32,000 nucleotides of DNA from Desulfobulbus propionicus DSM 2032 (GTDB lineage Bacteria > Desulfobacterota > Desulfobulbia > Desulfobulbales > Desulfobulbaceae): positions 3,180,001 through 3,212,000 of the forward strand of contig NC_014972.1 of NCBI RefSeq assembly GCF_000186885.1, written 5' to 3'. Each line of letters begins with the position of its first letter. Within the stretch, counting starts at the first letter, position 1. The notes under the pieces were generated by a model, which saw nothing but the letters and a program-made list of their open reading frames with translations, was not told where the DNA came from and did no database searches. Of the stretch, positions 10,900 through 20,215 are shown one piece after another. Made by a program: the position numbers and the translations under genes.

Positions 10900-11675
10900 G
10901 GCAAGCCGCACAGAAGAAAACCGAGGATGGGCTGACACTTGGCGGCGCAGGCCGGATAAAATCGTCCCTGCACCTTCGTGCCCGAAGCGTTGCTCGCCCC
11001 CCAATAGAACTCGGCCATGGCCTCCGGACGCAGGCCATGGCGCGCGGCGTGGTGGAGCAGTTTTGGCCCACAACAATCCCCGGTTCCGGAAGGCGGCGCG
11101 CCGTTGCCGATGAAGACACGAGGCAGGGGCTGGGTTGCACCACGAAAGTTGACCAGTTGATAGAGGCAATGAACTCGCTCCATCAGTTGGCGCGAGAGGG
11201 TTCTGCGTTGCGCGCGAAGCAGCTGGCGAGCGCTCGATCCATGGGGCAAAGCTGTCAGTTCCCGGCCCAACCGCTTGATTTCCCGCTCGGGTTCACCCAC
11301 GAGGGCGCCAAAGGCCGCCACATCAAACACCGGCCCCACCCAGCCCTCCACCTGCCACAATCCATTATATTGTCCGGAAAAGGCGCGGAGAACGATTCGC
11401 TTGCCCCCGGTATCCCGACATGACAGCACCCCGAACATCTTCCCACCGGCCTTGTCAAACAAGCACCGAGTATCGCAACGGGGATCCCGGAACCGTTCGG
11501 GAACCAGCCAGTCGATCCGTTGATGACGACATAATTGCCCCATCAGGTGGAGGCCGTCCTTGATGGCAGGCCGAACAGGCAGCGAATGGACGACACCGCA
11601 CCGGCAGCACCATCCGCCGCTGTCGGAATCGAGGAGCGGACCATCGCCCTCCCCTGCGGTCGAACGCAGCGACAT
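10896..11675 (-). CDS. Protein resembling the N-terminal accessory region of long RluA-type pseudouridine synthases
   Basis: CGVVHSLPVRPAIKDG, KMFGVLSC, APPSGTGDCCGPKLLHHAARHGLRPEAMAEFYWG, GRFYPACAAKCQPILGFLL; stop overlaps the downstream ATG (ATGA). Start chosen at internal ATG 11675; uncertain. Confidence 0.65.
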   Translation of the reverse strand: MSLRSTAGEGDGPLLDSDSGGWCCRCGVVHSLPVRPAIKDGLHLMGQLCRHQRIDWLVPERFRDPRCDTRCLFDKAGGKMFGVLSCRDTGGKRIVLRAFSGQYNGLWQVEGWVGPVFDVAAFGALVGEPEREIKRLGRELTALPHGSSARQLLRAQRRTLSRQLMERVHCLYQLVNFRGATQPLPRVFIGNGAPPSGTGDCCGPKLLHHAARHGLRPEAMAEFYWGASNASGTKVQGRFYPACAAKCQPILGFLLCGLP

Positions 11676-11704
11676 CGCGGCCTCGTCGTCGGCCCGCGCA
11701 ACCT

Positions 11705-11905
11705 CTATTTGCGAAACAGCCACAGCAGGAGGGAAATCACCACACTGACCAGAATGCAGCTGGTGAGGGGAAGAAAGAAGCGGAAATGCTCCCGGACGAT
11801 GACGATATCCCCGGGCAGGCGGCCAAGGGGCAGCTGGCGCAACCACGGCCATGCCACACCGAGCACCACGCAGACCACGCCAATGAGGATGAGCGTTCTG
11901 TTCAT
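11705..11905 (-). CDS. Small two-TM protein, DUF2905-like
   Basis: MNRTLILIGVVCVVLGVAWPWLRQLPLGRLPGDIVIVREHFRFFLPLTSCILVSVVISLLLWLFRK; GRLPGDI signature. Confidence 0.8.
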   Translation of the reverse strand: MNRTLILIGVVCVVLGVAWPWLRQLPLGRLPGDIVIVREHFRFFLPLTSCILVSVVISLLLWLFRK

Positions 11906-12813
11906 CAAACTGCCTCCCGCCTCTGCCCGCTGGTTGTGTCCTGACTCACCAGCACCCCGGTGAACACCAGGGTACAGGCCATCCATTGCCAGAAATTCAG
12001 GCGCTCGCCCAACAGGAGAAAGCCAAACAGAATGGAAAAGACTGGAATCAGATTGACAAAGGCCGACGCCTGACTGGCCGGAATGCGGCTGACGCCAAAA
12101 TTATAGAGACCGTAGGCGCCGACACTGACCACGATGCCGAGATAGAGCACCGCGCCAATGCCGCCGATCGATAGCGCCGACGCCTGCACCGACGGCAGCA
12201 GCAGGACCGGAGCAAAAAACACCGCCCCGGTAAAGGCCTGGATACCGGTCAAAAAAAATGGATGGAGCTCTTTACTTAACCGTTTCATTAGAATAGTATA
12301 GCCCGTCGCGCACACCATGGCCATGAATTCAAGAAAGTTGCCCAGCGCCGGATGCGGGGCCTGGTCGGTTCCTTCGCCGCCCAGGCTGAGCCACAATGCC
12401 CCAGCGGCGGCAAGGAAAAATCCGCCGATGGTGCGCCGGGTGATCCGTTCACCAAGCATCAGACCTGCGGCCAGGGCGACCATGAGCGGCAGCATGGTGG
12501 TGATCATCGAGGCCTGCGAGGCGCTGGTGTAGACCAGCGCCAACGATTCAAACAAAAAATAGCAACAGGGCTCGCACAAGCACATGCATGCCAGCGGCAC
12601 CATGTGGTGGCGCCGCAGGCCCGCCCTGGCAAACGATCGGTAAAATGGAAGGAAACAGAGCGAGGCAACCACCATCCGTCCCAGAATAACCGCCAGGGGA
12701 TGCATCTCCTGAAAGCTGTATTTCAACGCCACAAAAGAACTGCCCCACAGTACCATGGCAGATAGCAGCGCCATGATAGGCAGCATTCTTTGAACGCCAT
12801 CCGTCATCATCAA
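11905..12813 (-). CDS. EamA/DMT-family transporter
   Basis: 302 aa, about 10 TM segments; ALLSAMVLWGSSFVALK and a second EamA repeat ending in LIPVFSILFGFLLLGERLNFWQWMACTLVFTGVLV. Confidence 0.88.
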   Translation of the reverse strand: MMMTDGVQRMLPIMALLSAMVLWGSSFVALKYSFQEMHPLAVILGRMVVASLCFLPFYRSFARAGLRRHHMVPLACMCLCEPCCYFLFESLALVYTSASQASMITTMLPLMVALAAGLMLGERITRRTIGGFFLAAAGALWLSLGGEGTDQAPHPALGNFLEFMAMVCATGYTILMKRLSKELHPFFLTGIQAFTGAVFFAPVLLLPSVQASALSIGGIGAVLYLGIVVSVGAYGLYNFGVSRIPASQASAFVNLIPVFSILFGFLLLGERLNFWQWMACTLVFTGVLVSQDTTSGQRREAV

Positions 12814-12890
12814 CCCGTCAGAACCACCGGCAAAGCCGGTGGCTTGAAAGACTGTGAACCGCTCAAAGCGGTCTCTTTAAAATATTATCT

Positions 12891-12908
12891 GACCACCATA
12901 TGGTGGTC
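12891..12908. repeat. Perfect 18-bp palindrome GACCACCATATGGTGGTC immediately downstream of the transposase stop
   Basis: Read directly; next to tnpA stop at 12911. Confidence 0.9.
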
Positions 12909-12910
12909 GC

Positions 12911-13342
12911 CTATTTAAACAAGTTCAGTTGTTCGACTCGCTGATCCTCTTGCTCCTGGTTACGGATATATGCGCGAACCATTGCCTCGTCGGCACCAAC
13001 GGTTGACACAAAATAGCCCCGTGCCCAAAAGTGCATCCCATTGTAGTTCTTCTTTTGCCCAAGGTAATTGCGTGCGATGTAAATCGCACTTTTCCCTTTC
13101 ATGTAGCCCACAACCTGGGCCACCGAATACTTCGGCGGGATCGACAGTAGCATGTGCACATGATCGGGCTGCAAATGCCCCTCGACAATCCGACTTTCTT
13201 TTTGCCGTGCAAGATCATGGAACACATCACCCAGATTTTTCCGAAGTTGGCCATAGAGTATTTTTCTTCGGCATTTCGGTATCCACACTACATGGAACTT
13301 GCAATCCCATCTTGTGTGGCTTAAACATTGTATGTCGTTCAT
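12911..13342 (-). CDS. tnpA: IS200/IS605-family transposase (TnpA, Y1 HUH)
   Basis: 143 aa; HVVWIPKCRRKILYG, HLQPDHVHMLLSIPPKYSVAQVVGYMKGKSA (HxH motif), catalytic-Tyr region AYIRNQE. Confidence 0.93.
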   Translation of the reverse strand: MNDIQCLSHTRWDCKFHVVWIPKCRRKILYGQLRKNLGDVFHDLARQKESRIVEGHLQPDHVHMLLSIPPKYSVAQVVGYMKGKSAIYIARNYLGQKKNYNGMHFWARGYFVSTVGADEAMVRAYIRNQEQEDQRVEQLNLFK

Positions 13343-13391
13343 GAAGCCTCCTTTTTCGTGACTTTGACCGGTTCACGAGGCGGGAGGCTTC
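13343..13391 (-). promoter_or_regulatory. SD-sequestering hairpin in the transposase 5' leader
   Basis: Minus strand: GAAGCCTCC ... GGAGGCTTC immediately before ATG; inner CGTGA/TCACG pairing. Confidence 0.75.
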
Positions 13392-13472
13392 TTTATTTTG
13401 CAGGAACTGTCAAACTGTTGTTGTCCCCCGGCAAAGCCGGGGGTTTACCCAAGGGAAATTATTGTTCACGCC

Positions 13473-15938
13473 ATGCACATGCACACCCCCCTTCGCCGGA
13501 TACGCCGGTTCTGTAGCCGCACCCTGCTTCTTTTGCCCGCCCTGGCTCTGCTCGCCGGTCCCGTTCCCGCATCGCACGGCGCGGCCTATCAACCAAACCA
13601 GGTCAGCGCGCAACAGACCGTCGGCCTATACCAGAATATTCCGGGCCTGACCAGCCAACAAATGGAATACGGCAAGGCGGCTATCCCCAAGCTGCACTAT
13701 AACGCCCAGCGGATCCTCCGCAAGATCTGCGCATTGCCGGGGGTGAACTTCGACTACGCCAAGCAGGTGATCGAGCTCCTCGGCCGCGAACGATTCACCT
13801 ATGAACAGGTCCTGACCTACGAAGCGCTCAGCAGCCTGAACACCATGGACATCAAGAACGGTATCGCCGGGCTGGACACGGTCAAGGCGATGAGCTTCGA
13901 GGGGGGCCGTTCGTTCCGCGCCTTTGCCGGCATGCAGGGAGTGACCGCCAACCAGGCCCTGAGCATGATCTCGCAACTCAACGAACTGGATGACGCCAAC
14001 AACCGCGCCGCCCAGGCCTTTTTCAGCATCAAGGGCATGCGGGTCGATATCGCCCAGAAAGGACTGCCGACCCTGATGCGCCTGAGAAACAACCAGGCCA
14101 AGGCCGCCGAGGCTTACGCCAAGATCCCGACCATGGACACCGAGACCATGCTCGACGGCCTGGAACTGATCGCCAAGCTGTACCAGGACGATGCCTGGAA
14201 TGCCCGCTGCCTGTTCACCAACAAATCGGTGACCGCGCGGGACGCCTGGAACTGGCTGGTGAGTTACTTTGCCCTGCCGACCAACGTCCAGGAGGCTCAG
14301 TACGACAAGCTCGACAGCCAGCAAAAATCAATCCTCCTTCAGGCCCTGTACGAAGGCGGCACGGAAATTCTCTGGAAGATCAATAATCTTCACGCAGTTA
14401 CCGACCAATATGGCTATGAAATCTCCGAGGCGGCGCTGAACAGTTGGTCCATGCAGCAGCTGCAGGCCAAGTTCAACGAGCTGGTTCCCTCGGTTCGGGC
14501 CCGCTACAGCGGCTTTGCCAGCGCCGGCAGGGGCCAGGCCGTGGCCATCCTCAAACAGGCCACCTCCGCCGCCCGGGTGCAGACCGCCCGTGATCTGACC
14601 ATCGCCAATGCCTATGCGGTCATGGCCCAGGGCAGCGAGCTGTATGATTCATCCTTCCGCGATATCATGGTGCCGGTCCTCCAGTCCCGGATCGACAGCC
14701 GTTTTCAGGGCGACCTGCTGGCCTTTCTACGTTCCATCGATCCGGGCAACCGCTTGGTTTCCGACTTCATTTCCAGTTGTGCCCAGAAAGGCAAGCTGAC
14801 CGTCTTTTTCCCCACCGACGCCGGCAAACAGAAGGAGATTCTCAGCCTGGTGGCCTCCTCGGCCTTCCAGAACGAGGACTCCATCCTGCTTTTTTCCGCG
14901 ACCCTGAGCCACCTGCTCAAGGTGCTCACTCCCGATGCCCGGTCGTACCTGATTGGCCTGATGGCCGAGAACAGCGAGGCGGAAAACGCCGCCTTTTCCA
15001 AACTGGTCACCGTCATCCTCCAGTACTACCTGCAGACCTACCCCGAGTTGCTCGGCCCGGCTGACCGCACCCTCATCAGCCGGCTCATCGTCCGCCACGG
15101 CGCGGTCAACCTCGACCGCTATCAGGTAACCCCCTTTGCCGAATGGAAACAGGACGGCCGTTTGGCTTCGGTGTCCATGTTTCACCCGGATGACGACGGC
15201 CGGCAATCCTTTGTCTCCAACGCCAACCTGCTGCTGAGCAACGGCTACAAACTGACCGCCTCGCAGCAGTACACCATCCCGCAGATGACCCCGGCGCTCG
15301 CCGCCGAGATCCAGCGGTATATCGGCTCCGGCCTGGTGTCGCTGTTCCAGGCCATGCGCAATCGCCATTTTGCCGTGGCCTTCACCAAACAGGTAAACGG
15401 CATCACCATCGTCCACACCCAGTTTGTCTATTCGGACATGGACAACCAGATGGAGATGCTCGACCGGTTCGTCCGCTCTGGAGACGAAATGCTAGCGCAG
15501 CGCGGTCACAGCTACTGGCGCTCCGAGCAAATCATCGAGCCGCTGACCAAACTGATCGAGGAAAACAGGGTGAGCGAATCCGAGCTCCGGGGCAAACAAC
15601 GCTTCCTCAGCCTTGGCTCGTGCGGCGGCGTCAAGGCCTACACCACTCTGACCCGGCTGTTTGCCTCGTCGGTGGACATCCTTGCCTCCATCGGGACCGG
15701 CTTGGCGATGATCAATGACCCCTACAACAAGATGTTTTTTGAGATCATCGCCACCAACAACACCAACATCTCCTGGAAGACCATGGCCCAGCAATCGGCC
15801 TCCATCTTCCAGAGCGACCGGGGCCAGGACTACCTCCTGCCCGGCTCGCTGACCGCCATCCTCCACAAGATCCTGGACGAGACCGAACAAGCCACCGGAT
15901 CGACGCCGCGGAACCGCTTCGAGCGTTCCCGCGGCTAA
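13473..15938 (+). CDS. Large exported protein of unknown function; possible C-terminal caspase-like (clan CD) domain
   Basis: ~821 aa from ATG 13473; N-terminal signal-peptide-like segment (RRIRRFCSRTLLLLPALALLAGPVPASHGA); central helical region; C-terminal LAQRGHSYWRS ... RFLSLGSCGGVKAYTTLTRLFAS. Confidence 0.7.
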   Translation: MHMHTPLRRIRRFCSRTLLLLPALALLAGPVPASHGAAYQPNQVSAQQTVGLYQNIPGLTSQQMEYGKAAIPKLHYNAQRILRKICALPGVNFDYAKQVIELLGRERFTYEQVLTYEALSSLNTMDIKNGIAGLDTVKAMSFEGGRSFRAFAGMQGVTANQALSMISQLNELDDANNRAAQAFFSIKGMRVDIAQKGLPTLMRLRNNQAKAAEAYAKIPTMDTETMLDGLELIAKLYQDDAWNARCLFTNKSVTARDAWNWLVSYFALPTNVQEAQYDKLDSQQKSILLQALYEGGTEILWKINNLHAVTDQYGYEISEAALNSWSMQQLQAKFNELVPSVRARYSGFASAGRGQAVAILKQATSAARVQTARDLTIANAYAVMAQGSELYDSSFRDIMVPVLQSRIDSRFQGDLLAFLRSIDPGNRLVSDFISSCAQKGKLTVFFPTDAGKQKEILSLVASSAFQNEDSILLFSATLSHLLKVLTPDARSYLIGLMAENSEAENAAFSKLVTVILQYYLQTYPELLGPADRTLISRLIVRHGAVNLDRYQVTPFAEWKQDGRLASVSMFHPDDDGRQSFVSNANLLLSNGYKLTASQQYTIPQMTPALAAEIQRYIGSGLVSLFQAMRNRHFAVAFTKQVNGITIVHTQFVYSDMDNQMEMLDRFVRSGDEMLAQRGHSYWRSEQIIEPLTKLIEENRVSESELRGKQRFLSLGSCGGVKAYTTLTRLFASSVDILASIGTGLAMINDPYNKMFFEIIATNNTNISWKTMAQQSASIFQSDRGQDYLLPGSLTAILHKILDETEQATGSTPRNRFERSRG

Positions 15939-15949
15939 ACAAGGCAACC

Positions 15950-17320
15950 ATGCCCCTGTACACCCGCGAAACCCTGACCGAGCTGCTTGTCCGGGCGGCG
16001 GCCGCCCCTTCGCAGGTGTATCTACTGTTTGGTGAGCGTTACCTCTGCCGCAACGCGGCCGAGCAGTTGGAACAGGTGCTGCTGCAAAAAACGGGCGGGA
16101 CGGTACACGCCATCGACGGCGACCAGGAAGACAGTACCGCCACTTTGGCTAAACTTCGCGGTTACAGCCTGTTGCCGGGGCGTCAGCTCTACAGGGTAAC
16201 TGACACCCGGCTCTTTGTGTCCAAACAGGTGGCCAAACGCATCTGGGATCGGGTTGTTGCTGCCCATGCGGACAATAAACCGGAACAGGCGGGCCGCGCC
16301 TTGCGGGCCTTGCTGGAAAGCGGCGGTCTGGATCCACGGTCCCCGAACAATCTGCTCGACACCATGCCGGCGGCCGAATGGCAGCATTGTTTCGGCTTTG
16401 CCCGTCCCTCCGGCGACCTCAGCTGGACCAGTGCCTTGCTGACCGCTCAACCGAATCACACCGGCCGACCCGCGACCGTGACCGACCCGGCTGAACAACT
16501 CGGCAACGCATTGGCCGCTGGTCTGCCGGCAAGCAACTTCCTCATCCTCCTTGCCGAGGAGGTGGACAAGCGCAAAAAGCTGTTCAAGCAGCTGAAAGAC
16601 GGGCAGACGGTTGTCGACCTGAGCGTCGAATCCGGGGCCGGAGCCAAAGCGCAGAAGGAACAAAAAGCCGTTCTCCACGAACTGGTCCGGAAGACCCTGG
16701 CCGAGCAGGGCAAGACCCTGGCTCCCGGGCTCATCGACCTGCTCGTTGAGCGGGTGGGCTTTCATCCCGTGGCGCTGGTCATGGAACTGCGCAAGGTGAT
16801 GGCCTATGTCGGCGAGCGCCGCCAGATCGATCACGCCGATATCGATCTCCTGGTCGGCCGCACCCGGCAAGAGGCGCTGTTTGAACTGACCACCGCTCTT
16901 GCCGCCGGGAATCGTGAGCAAACCCTCGTGATTGGCGATCGCCTTCAGGAAAACGGCATTCATCCCCTGGCCGTGGTGGCGACGCTCCGCAACTTTGTCC
17001 GCAACCTGTTGCTCTGCCGGGCCCTGTTGGAACAACCCGACATTCGCTTTCAGCCGACCATGTCCGCCGCCGCTTTTCAGAACACCTGCCTGCCACGTCT
17101 CAAGGACCGACCGCAGTGGAAAAAAGAATTGGGCGGTCATCCCTTTGCCCTGTACATGCAATTCAAAACAGCCGCCCTCTTCCCTCTTCCGGTCCTCACC
17201 GGCTGGATGCAGCTGCTCCTCCGGGCGGAACTCCGTCTCAAGGGTTCCTCGATCGCGGCCCCGATCGTGCTCCAGCATCTGCTCCTCTCCATGCTGTCCA
17301 TGGAGACCGCAAAAGAATAA
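15950..17320 (+). CDS. holA: DNA polymerase III subunit delta (HolA-like)
   Basis: 456 aa; QVYLLFGERYLCRNAAEQLE N-terminus, ...NFLILLAEEVDKRKKLFKQLK..., LVERVGFHPVALVMELRKVMAYVGERRQIDHADIDLLVGRTRQEALFELTTAL typical of delta subunits. Confidence 0.82.
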   Translation: MPLYTRETLTELLVRAAAAPSQVYLLFGERYLCRNAAEQLEQVLLQKTGGTVHAIDGDQEDSTATLAKLRGYSLLPGRQLYRVTDTRLFVSKQVAKRIWDRVVAAHADNKPEQAGRALRALLESGGLDPRSPNNLLDTMPAAEWQHCFGFARPSGDLSWTSALLTAQPNHTGRPATVTDPAEQLGNALAAGLPASNFLILLAEEVDKRKKLFKQLKDGQTVVDLSVESGAGAKAQKEQKAVLHELVRKTLAEQGKTLAPGLIDLLVERVGFHPVALVMELRKVMAYVGERRQIDHADIDLLVGRTRQEALFELTTALAAGNREQTLVIGDRLQENGIHPLAVVATLRNFVRNLLLCRALLEQPDIRFQPTMSAAAFQNTCLPRLKDRPQWKKELGGHPFALYMQFKTAALFPLPVLTGWMQLLLRAELRLKGSSIAAPIVLQHLLLSMLSMETAKE

Positions 17321-17513
17321 CAGGCTGTCCGGCCCGGTCTTGCAAAATCAAAAGCGGGCATTACAATACTGACATGAATAATCGTTGCCAGGAGAGCATG
17401 TTGCAACGGTTCTTCCGTTTCCAAAAAGGTTTCCGCTCTCCAGGAATGACCGTTGAGGGATTCTGCTCGGCTTCACGACCATCGGAACCTGCGCAACCCG
17501 TCGAGTTTACGAA

Positions 17514-17831
17514 ATGGCAAAAGAAGATTCCATCGTTCAAGACAAAATTCAAACCCGTGACAAGGAACAGCTGCAAGAACCACCGCTGTACAAGGTGCTG
17601 TTGCATAACGACGACTACACCACCATGGATTTCGTGGTGATGATTCTGCAGACAGTTTTTCATAAGAATACGGACGAGGCCACCAGAATCATGCTCAACG
17701 TCCATCACCAGGGCGTGGGCATCGCGGGTGTTTATACCCGTGAAATCGGAGAAACCAAGGTGGCGATTGTGCATCGGCTGGCAAAAAGGAACCAATTTCC
17801 GCTGCGATGCTCGCTGGAAAAGGATTGTTGA
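17514..17831 (+). CDS. clpS: ATP-dependent Clp protease adaptor ClpS
   Basis: 105 aa; PPLYKVLLHNDDYTTMDFVVMILQTVFHK, HHQGVGIAGVYTREIGETK. Confidence 0.95.
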   Translation: MAKEDSIVQDKIQTRDKEQLQEPPLYKVLLHNDDYTTMDFVVMILQTVFHKNTDEATRIMLNVHHQGVGIAGVYTREIGETKVAIVHRLAKRNQFPLRCSLEKDC

Positions 17832-17908
17832 TACATGTCGGCAGGCGGCGAATGTGCCGTTGAACCCGGAGAACAGGGGCGGGAGGGCGCTCCTCGAGGA
17901 CCACTACT

Positions 17909-20179
17909 ATGTTGAGTAAAGAGTTGGAATTGGCCCTGATCAAAGCGATCAAGGAAGCAAAGAATCACCGCCACGAATACGTCACCGTCGAGCACATGCT
18001 GTATGGGTTGCTCCATGACGACCTGGCCCGACACATCATTGATAAATGCGGTGGCAACAATGAAAACATCAAGGAACGCCTGGAGCGTTTCTTTGAAACC
18101 GGCATGCCGGTGATGAAGGAAGGCGACAGCGAACCGGCCCAGACCGTGGCTTTCAACCGGGTGTTGCAACGTGCGGTCAGTCACGTGCAGAGTTGCGGCA
18201 AAAAACAGGTGGACACCGGTGACGTGCTGGTGTCGATCTTCACCGAACCCGACTCGCATGCCGTCTATTTTCTCGGCAGCGAAGGGGTGGGACGTCTGGA
18301 GGTGGTCGAATACATCTCCCACAGTCTACCCGAATATCTGCAGAGCGAGCCGTTTCGCCAGCCGCCTCCGGGCCAGCAGCCAACGAAAAAACGGCAGGAC
18401 AAACAAACGGATGCCCTGGATGAATTCACGGTCAATTTCGCCAAACGTGCGGCCGAGGGCGGCATTGATCCGCTGATCGGCCGTGATCAGGAATTGTACC
18501 GGATGATGCAGGTGCTTTGCCGCCGGAAAAAGAACAATCCGTTGCTCGTTGGCGAACCGGGAGTGGGCAAAACGGCCATGGCCGAGGGATTGGCCCTGCG
18601 GATTCATGAAGACAGCGTTGCCCGGCTGGACGCCAACCCGGATCCCAAGAAACTGGTTCCCGACCTGTTGCAGGACGCGGAAATTTACATGCTGGATCTG
18701 GGCACCCTGGTGGCGGGCACCAAATACCGGGGCGATTTCGAGAAGCGGCTCAAGGAAGTGGTGGCGGCCATTGAGAAGAAGGAAAAAGCCATTTTATTCA
18801 TCGATGAGATGCATACCATCATCGGAGCCGGCGCCACCAGCGGCGGATCGATGGATGCGTCCAACCTGCTGAAGCCGGCGCTGCAGGCAGGGACCATCCG
18901 CTGCATTGGCTCGACGACCTACGAGGAATACAAGAATCATATCGAAAAGGATCGGGCCTTGTCCCGCCGCTTCCAGAAAATCGACATCGCTGAACCGTCG
19001 GTGGAGGACACCTGCCGTATCCTGCGCGGTCTCCAGTCCCGGTATGAGCAGCATCACCAGATTCGCTACGCCAAAACCGCCATCGAGGCCACGGCAGAAT
19101 TGGCGCACCGGTACATCAACGACCGCTTTCTTCCGGACAAGGCCATCGACGTGATGGATGAGGTCGGTGCCTTTTTCCGTCTGAGCGGTAAAACCGGACG
19201 GACCGTCGGAGTTCGCGATGTGGAGCAGATCGTCGCCAAAATCGCCCGGGTTCCGGTCACCAGCAAGACCGGCAGCGATGTCAGCGAACTGCGCCATCTC
19301 GACGAAAAACTCAAATCCGTCATTTTCGGTCAGGACGAGGCCATCGAGGCGTTGGTCAAGGCGGTCAAGCGTTCGCGGGCGGGCTTGGGAAATCCGCAGT
19401 CACCGACAGGCTCTTTTCTCTTCGCCGGCCCCACCGGCGTCGGCAAGACCGAGGTGGCCCGGCAGCTCGCGGCGTCTCTCGCCGTCCATTTCGAACGGTT
19501 CGATATGAGCGAGTACATGGAAAAACATGCGGTTGCCCGGCTGATAGGCGCGCCTCCCGGCTACATCGGCTTTGACCAGGGCGGACTGTTGACCGATGCG
19601 ATTCGCAAGTACCCTTATACCGTCCTCCTCCTTGACGAGATTGAAAAAGCCCATCCGGATGTGTTCTCGATCCTGTTGCAGGTCATGGACCATTCGACCC
19701 TGACCGACAATGCCGGTCGGCGGGCTGATTTCCGTAATGTCATCCTCATCATGACCACCAATGCCGGCGCCCGTGAGATGAGCGAGCGGACCATCGGTTT
19801 TCTAGGCGATTCCAAGGGCAAGGAACAGAAGGCGATCAAGAACCTCTTTTCGCCGGAGTTCCGTAACCGGCTTGACGCCACCATTAGTTTTGCGCCGCTT
19901 GAGCTGGCCACAGTGGAAAAGGTGGTCGACAAGATGGTGCACGAGTTGCAACAGCAATTGGCCGACAAAAAGGTCGAAATCTCCCTCAGCTCCGCAGCCC
20001 GCTCCTGGTTGGCCAAGGAAGGCTACGAACCGGCCTTCGGCGCCCGTCCCTTGCGTCGGTTGATCATGAAGGAGATTGGCGACGTGCTTACCGAGGAAAT
20101 CCTCTTCGGCCGCTTGGCCAAGGGCGGCAGGGTCAAAATTGGTCGCAAGAACGACACCACCACCTTCACCTATCTCTGA
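17909..20179 (+). CDS. clpA: ATP-dependent Clp protease ATP-binding subunit ClpA
   Basis: 756 aa; ClpN repeats, Walker [14 protein letters not shown] and [34 protein letters not shown]. Confidence 0.97.
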   Translation: MLSKELELALIKAIKEAKNHRHEYVTVEHMLYGLLHDDLARHIIDKCGGNNENIKERLERFFETGMPVMKEGDSEPAQTVAFNRVLQRAVSHVQSCGKKQVDTGDVLVSIFTEPDSHAVYFLGSEGVGRLEVVEYISHSLPEYLQSEPFRQPPPGQQPTKKRQDKQTDALDEFTVNFAKRAAEGGIDPLIGRDQELYRMMQVLCRRKKNNPLLVGEPGVGKTAMAEGLALRIHEDSVARLDANPDPKKLVPDLLQDAEIYMLDLGTLVAGTKYRGDFEKRLKEVVAAIEKKEKAILFIDEMHTIIGAGATSGGSMDASNLLKPALQAGTIRCIGSTTYEEYKNHIEKDRALSRRFQKIDIAEPSVEDTCRILRGLQSRYEQHHQIRYAKTAIEATAELAHRYINDRFLPDKAIDVMDEVGAFFRLSGKTGRTVGVRDVEQIVAKIARVPVTSKTGSDVSELRHLDEKLKSVIFGQDEAIEALVKAVKRSRAGLGNPQSPTGSFLFAGPTGVGKTEVARQLAASLAVHFERFDMSEYMEKHAVARLIGAPPGYIGFDQGGLLTDAIRKYPYTVLLLDEIEKAHPDVFSILLQVMDHSTLTDNAGRRADFRNVILIMTTNAGAREMSERTIGFLGDSKGKEQKAIKNLFSPEFRNRLDATISFAPLELATVEKVVDKMVHELQQQLADKKVEISLSSAARSWLAKEGYEPAFGARPLRRLIMKEIGDVLTEEILFGRLAKGGRVKIGRKNDTTTFTYL

Positions 20180-20189
20180 TGCTCCTTGC

Positions 20190-20215
20190 AGCCGGGCGGC
20201 GAAAGTCGCCCGGCT
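20190..20215 (+). terminator. GC-rich hairpin with GAAA tetraloop downstream of clpA (putative terminator)
   Basis: AGCCGGGCGGCgaaaGTCGCCCGGCT, followed by a pyrimidine-rich tract without a long T run. Confidence 0.5.

Larger units (their letters stand above)
12854..13443 (-). mobile_element. IS200/IS605-type insertion sequence (approximate limits, defined by terminal hairpins)
   Basis: Contains a tnpA-like Y1 transposase only. Hairpins at both sides: ACCGCtcaaaGCGGT (12858-12872) and CCCCCGGCaaaGCCGGGGG (13425-13443). Exact cleavage sites not determined. Confidence 0.6.

Noticed and set aside
10896-10910. Programmed frameshift joining the two pseudouridine synthase ORFs
   Set aside because: No X_XXY_YYZ heptamer in phase near the overlap; an ATGA overlap with reinitiation explains the arrangement adequately.
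12858-13443. Possible CRISPR or repeat array because of several hairpins
   Set aside because: Hairpins differ in sequence, are not regularly spaced, and flank a single IS200-type transposase; no cas genes are present.
16022-17278. 418-aa minus-strand ORF opposite holA
   Set aside because: Antisense to a recognised DNA polymerase III delta subunit; no domain-like pattern.
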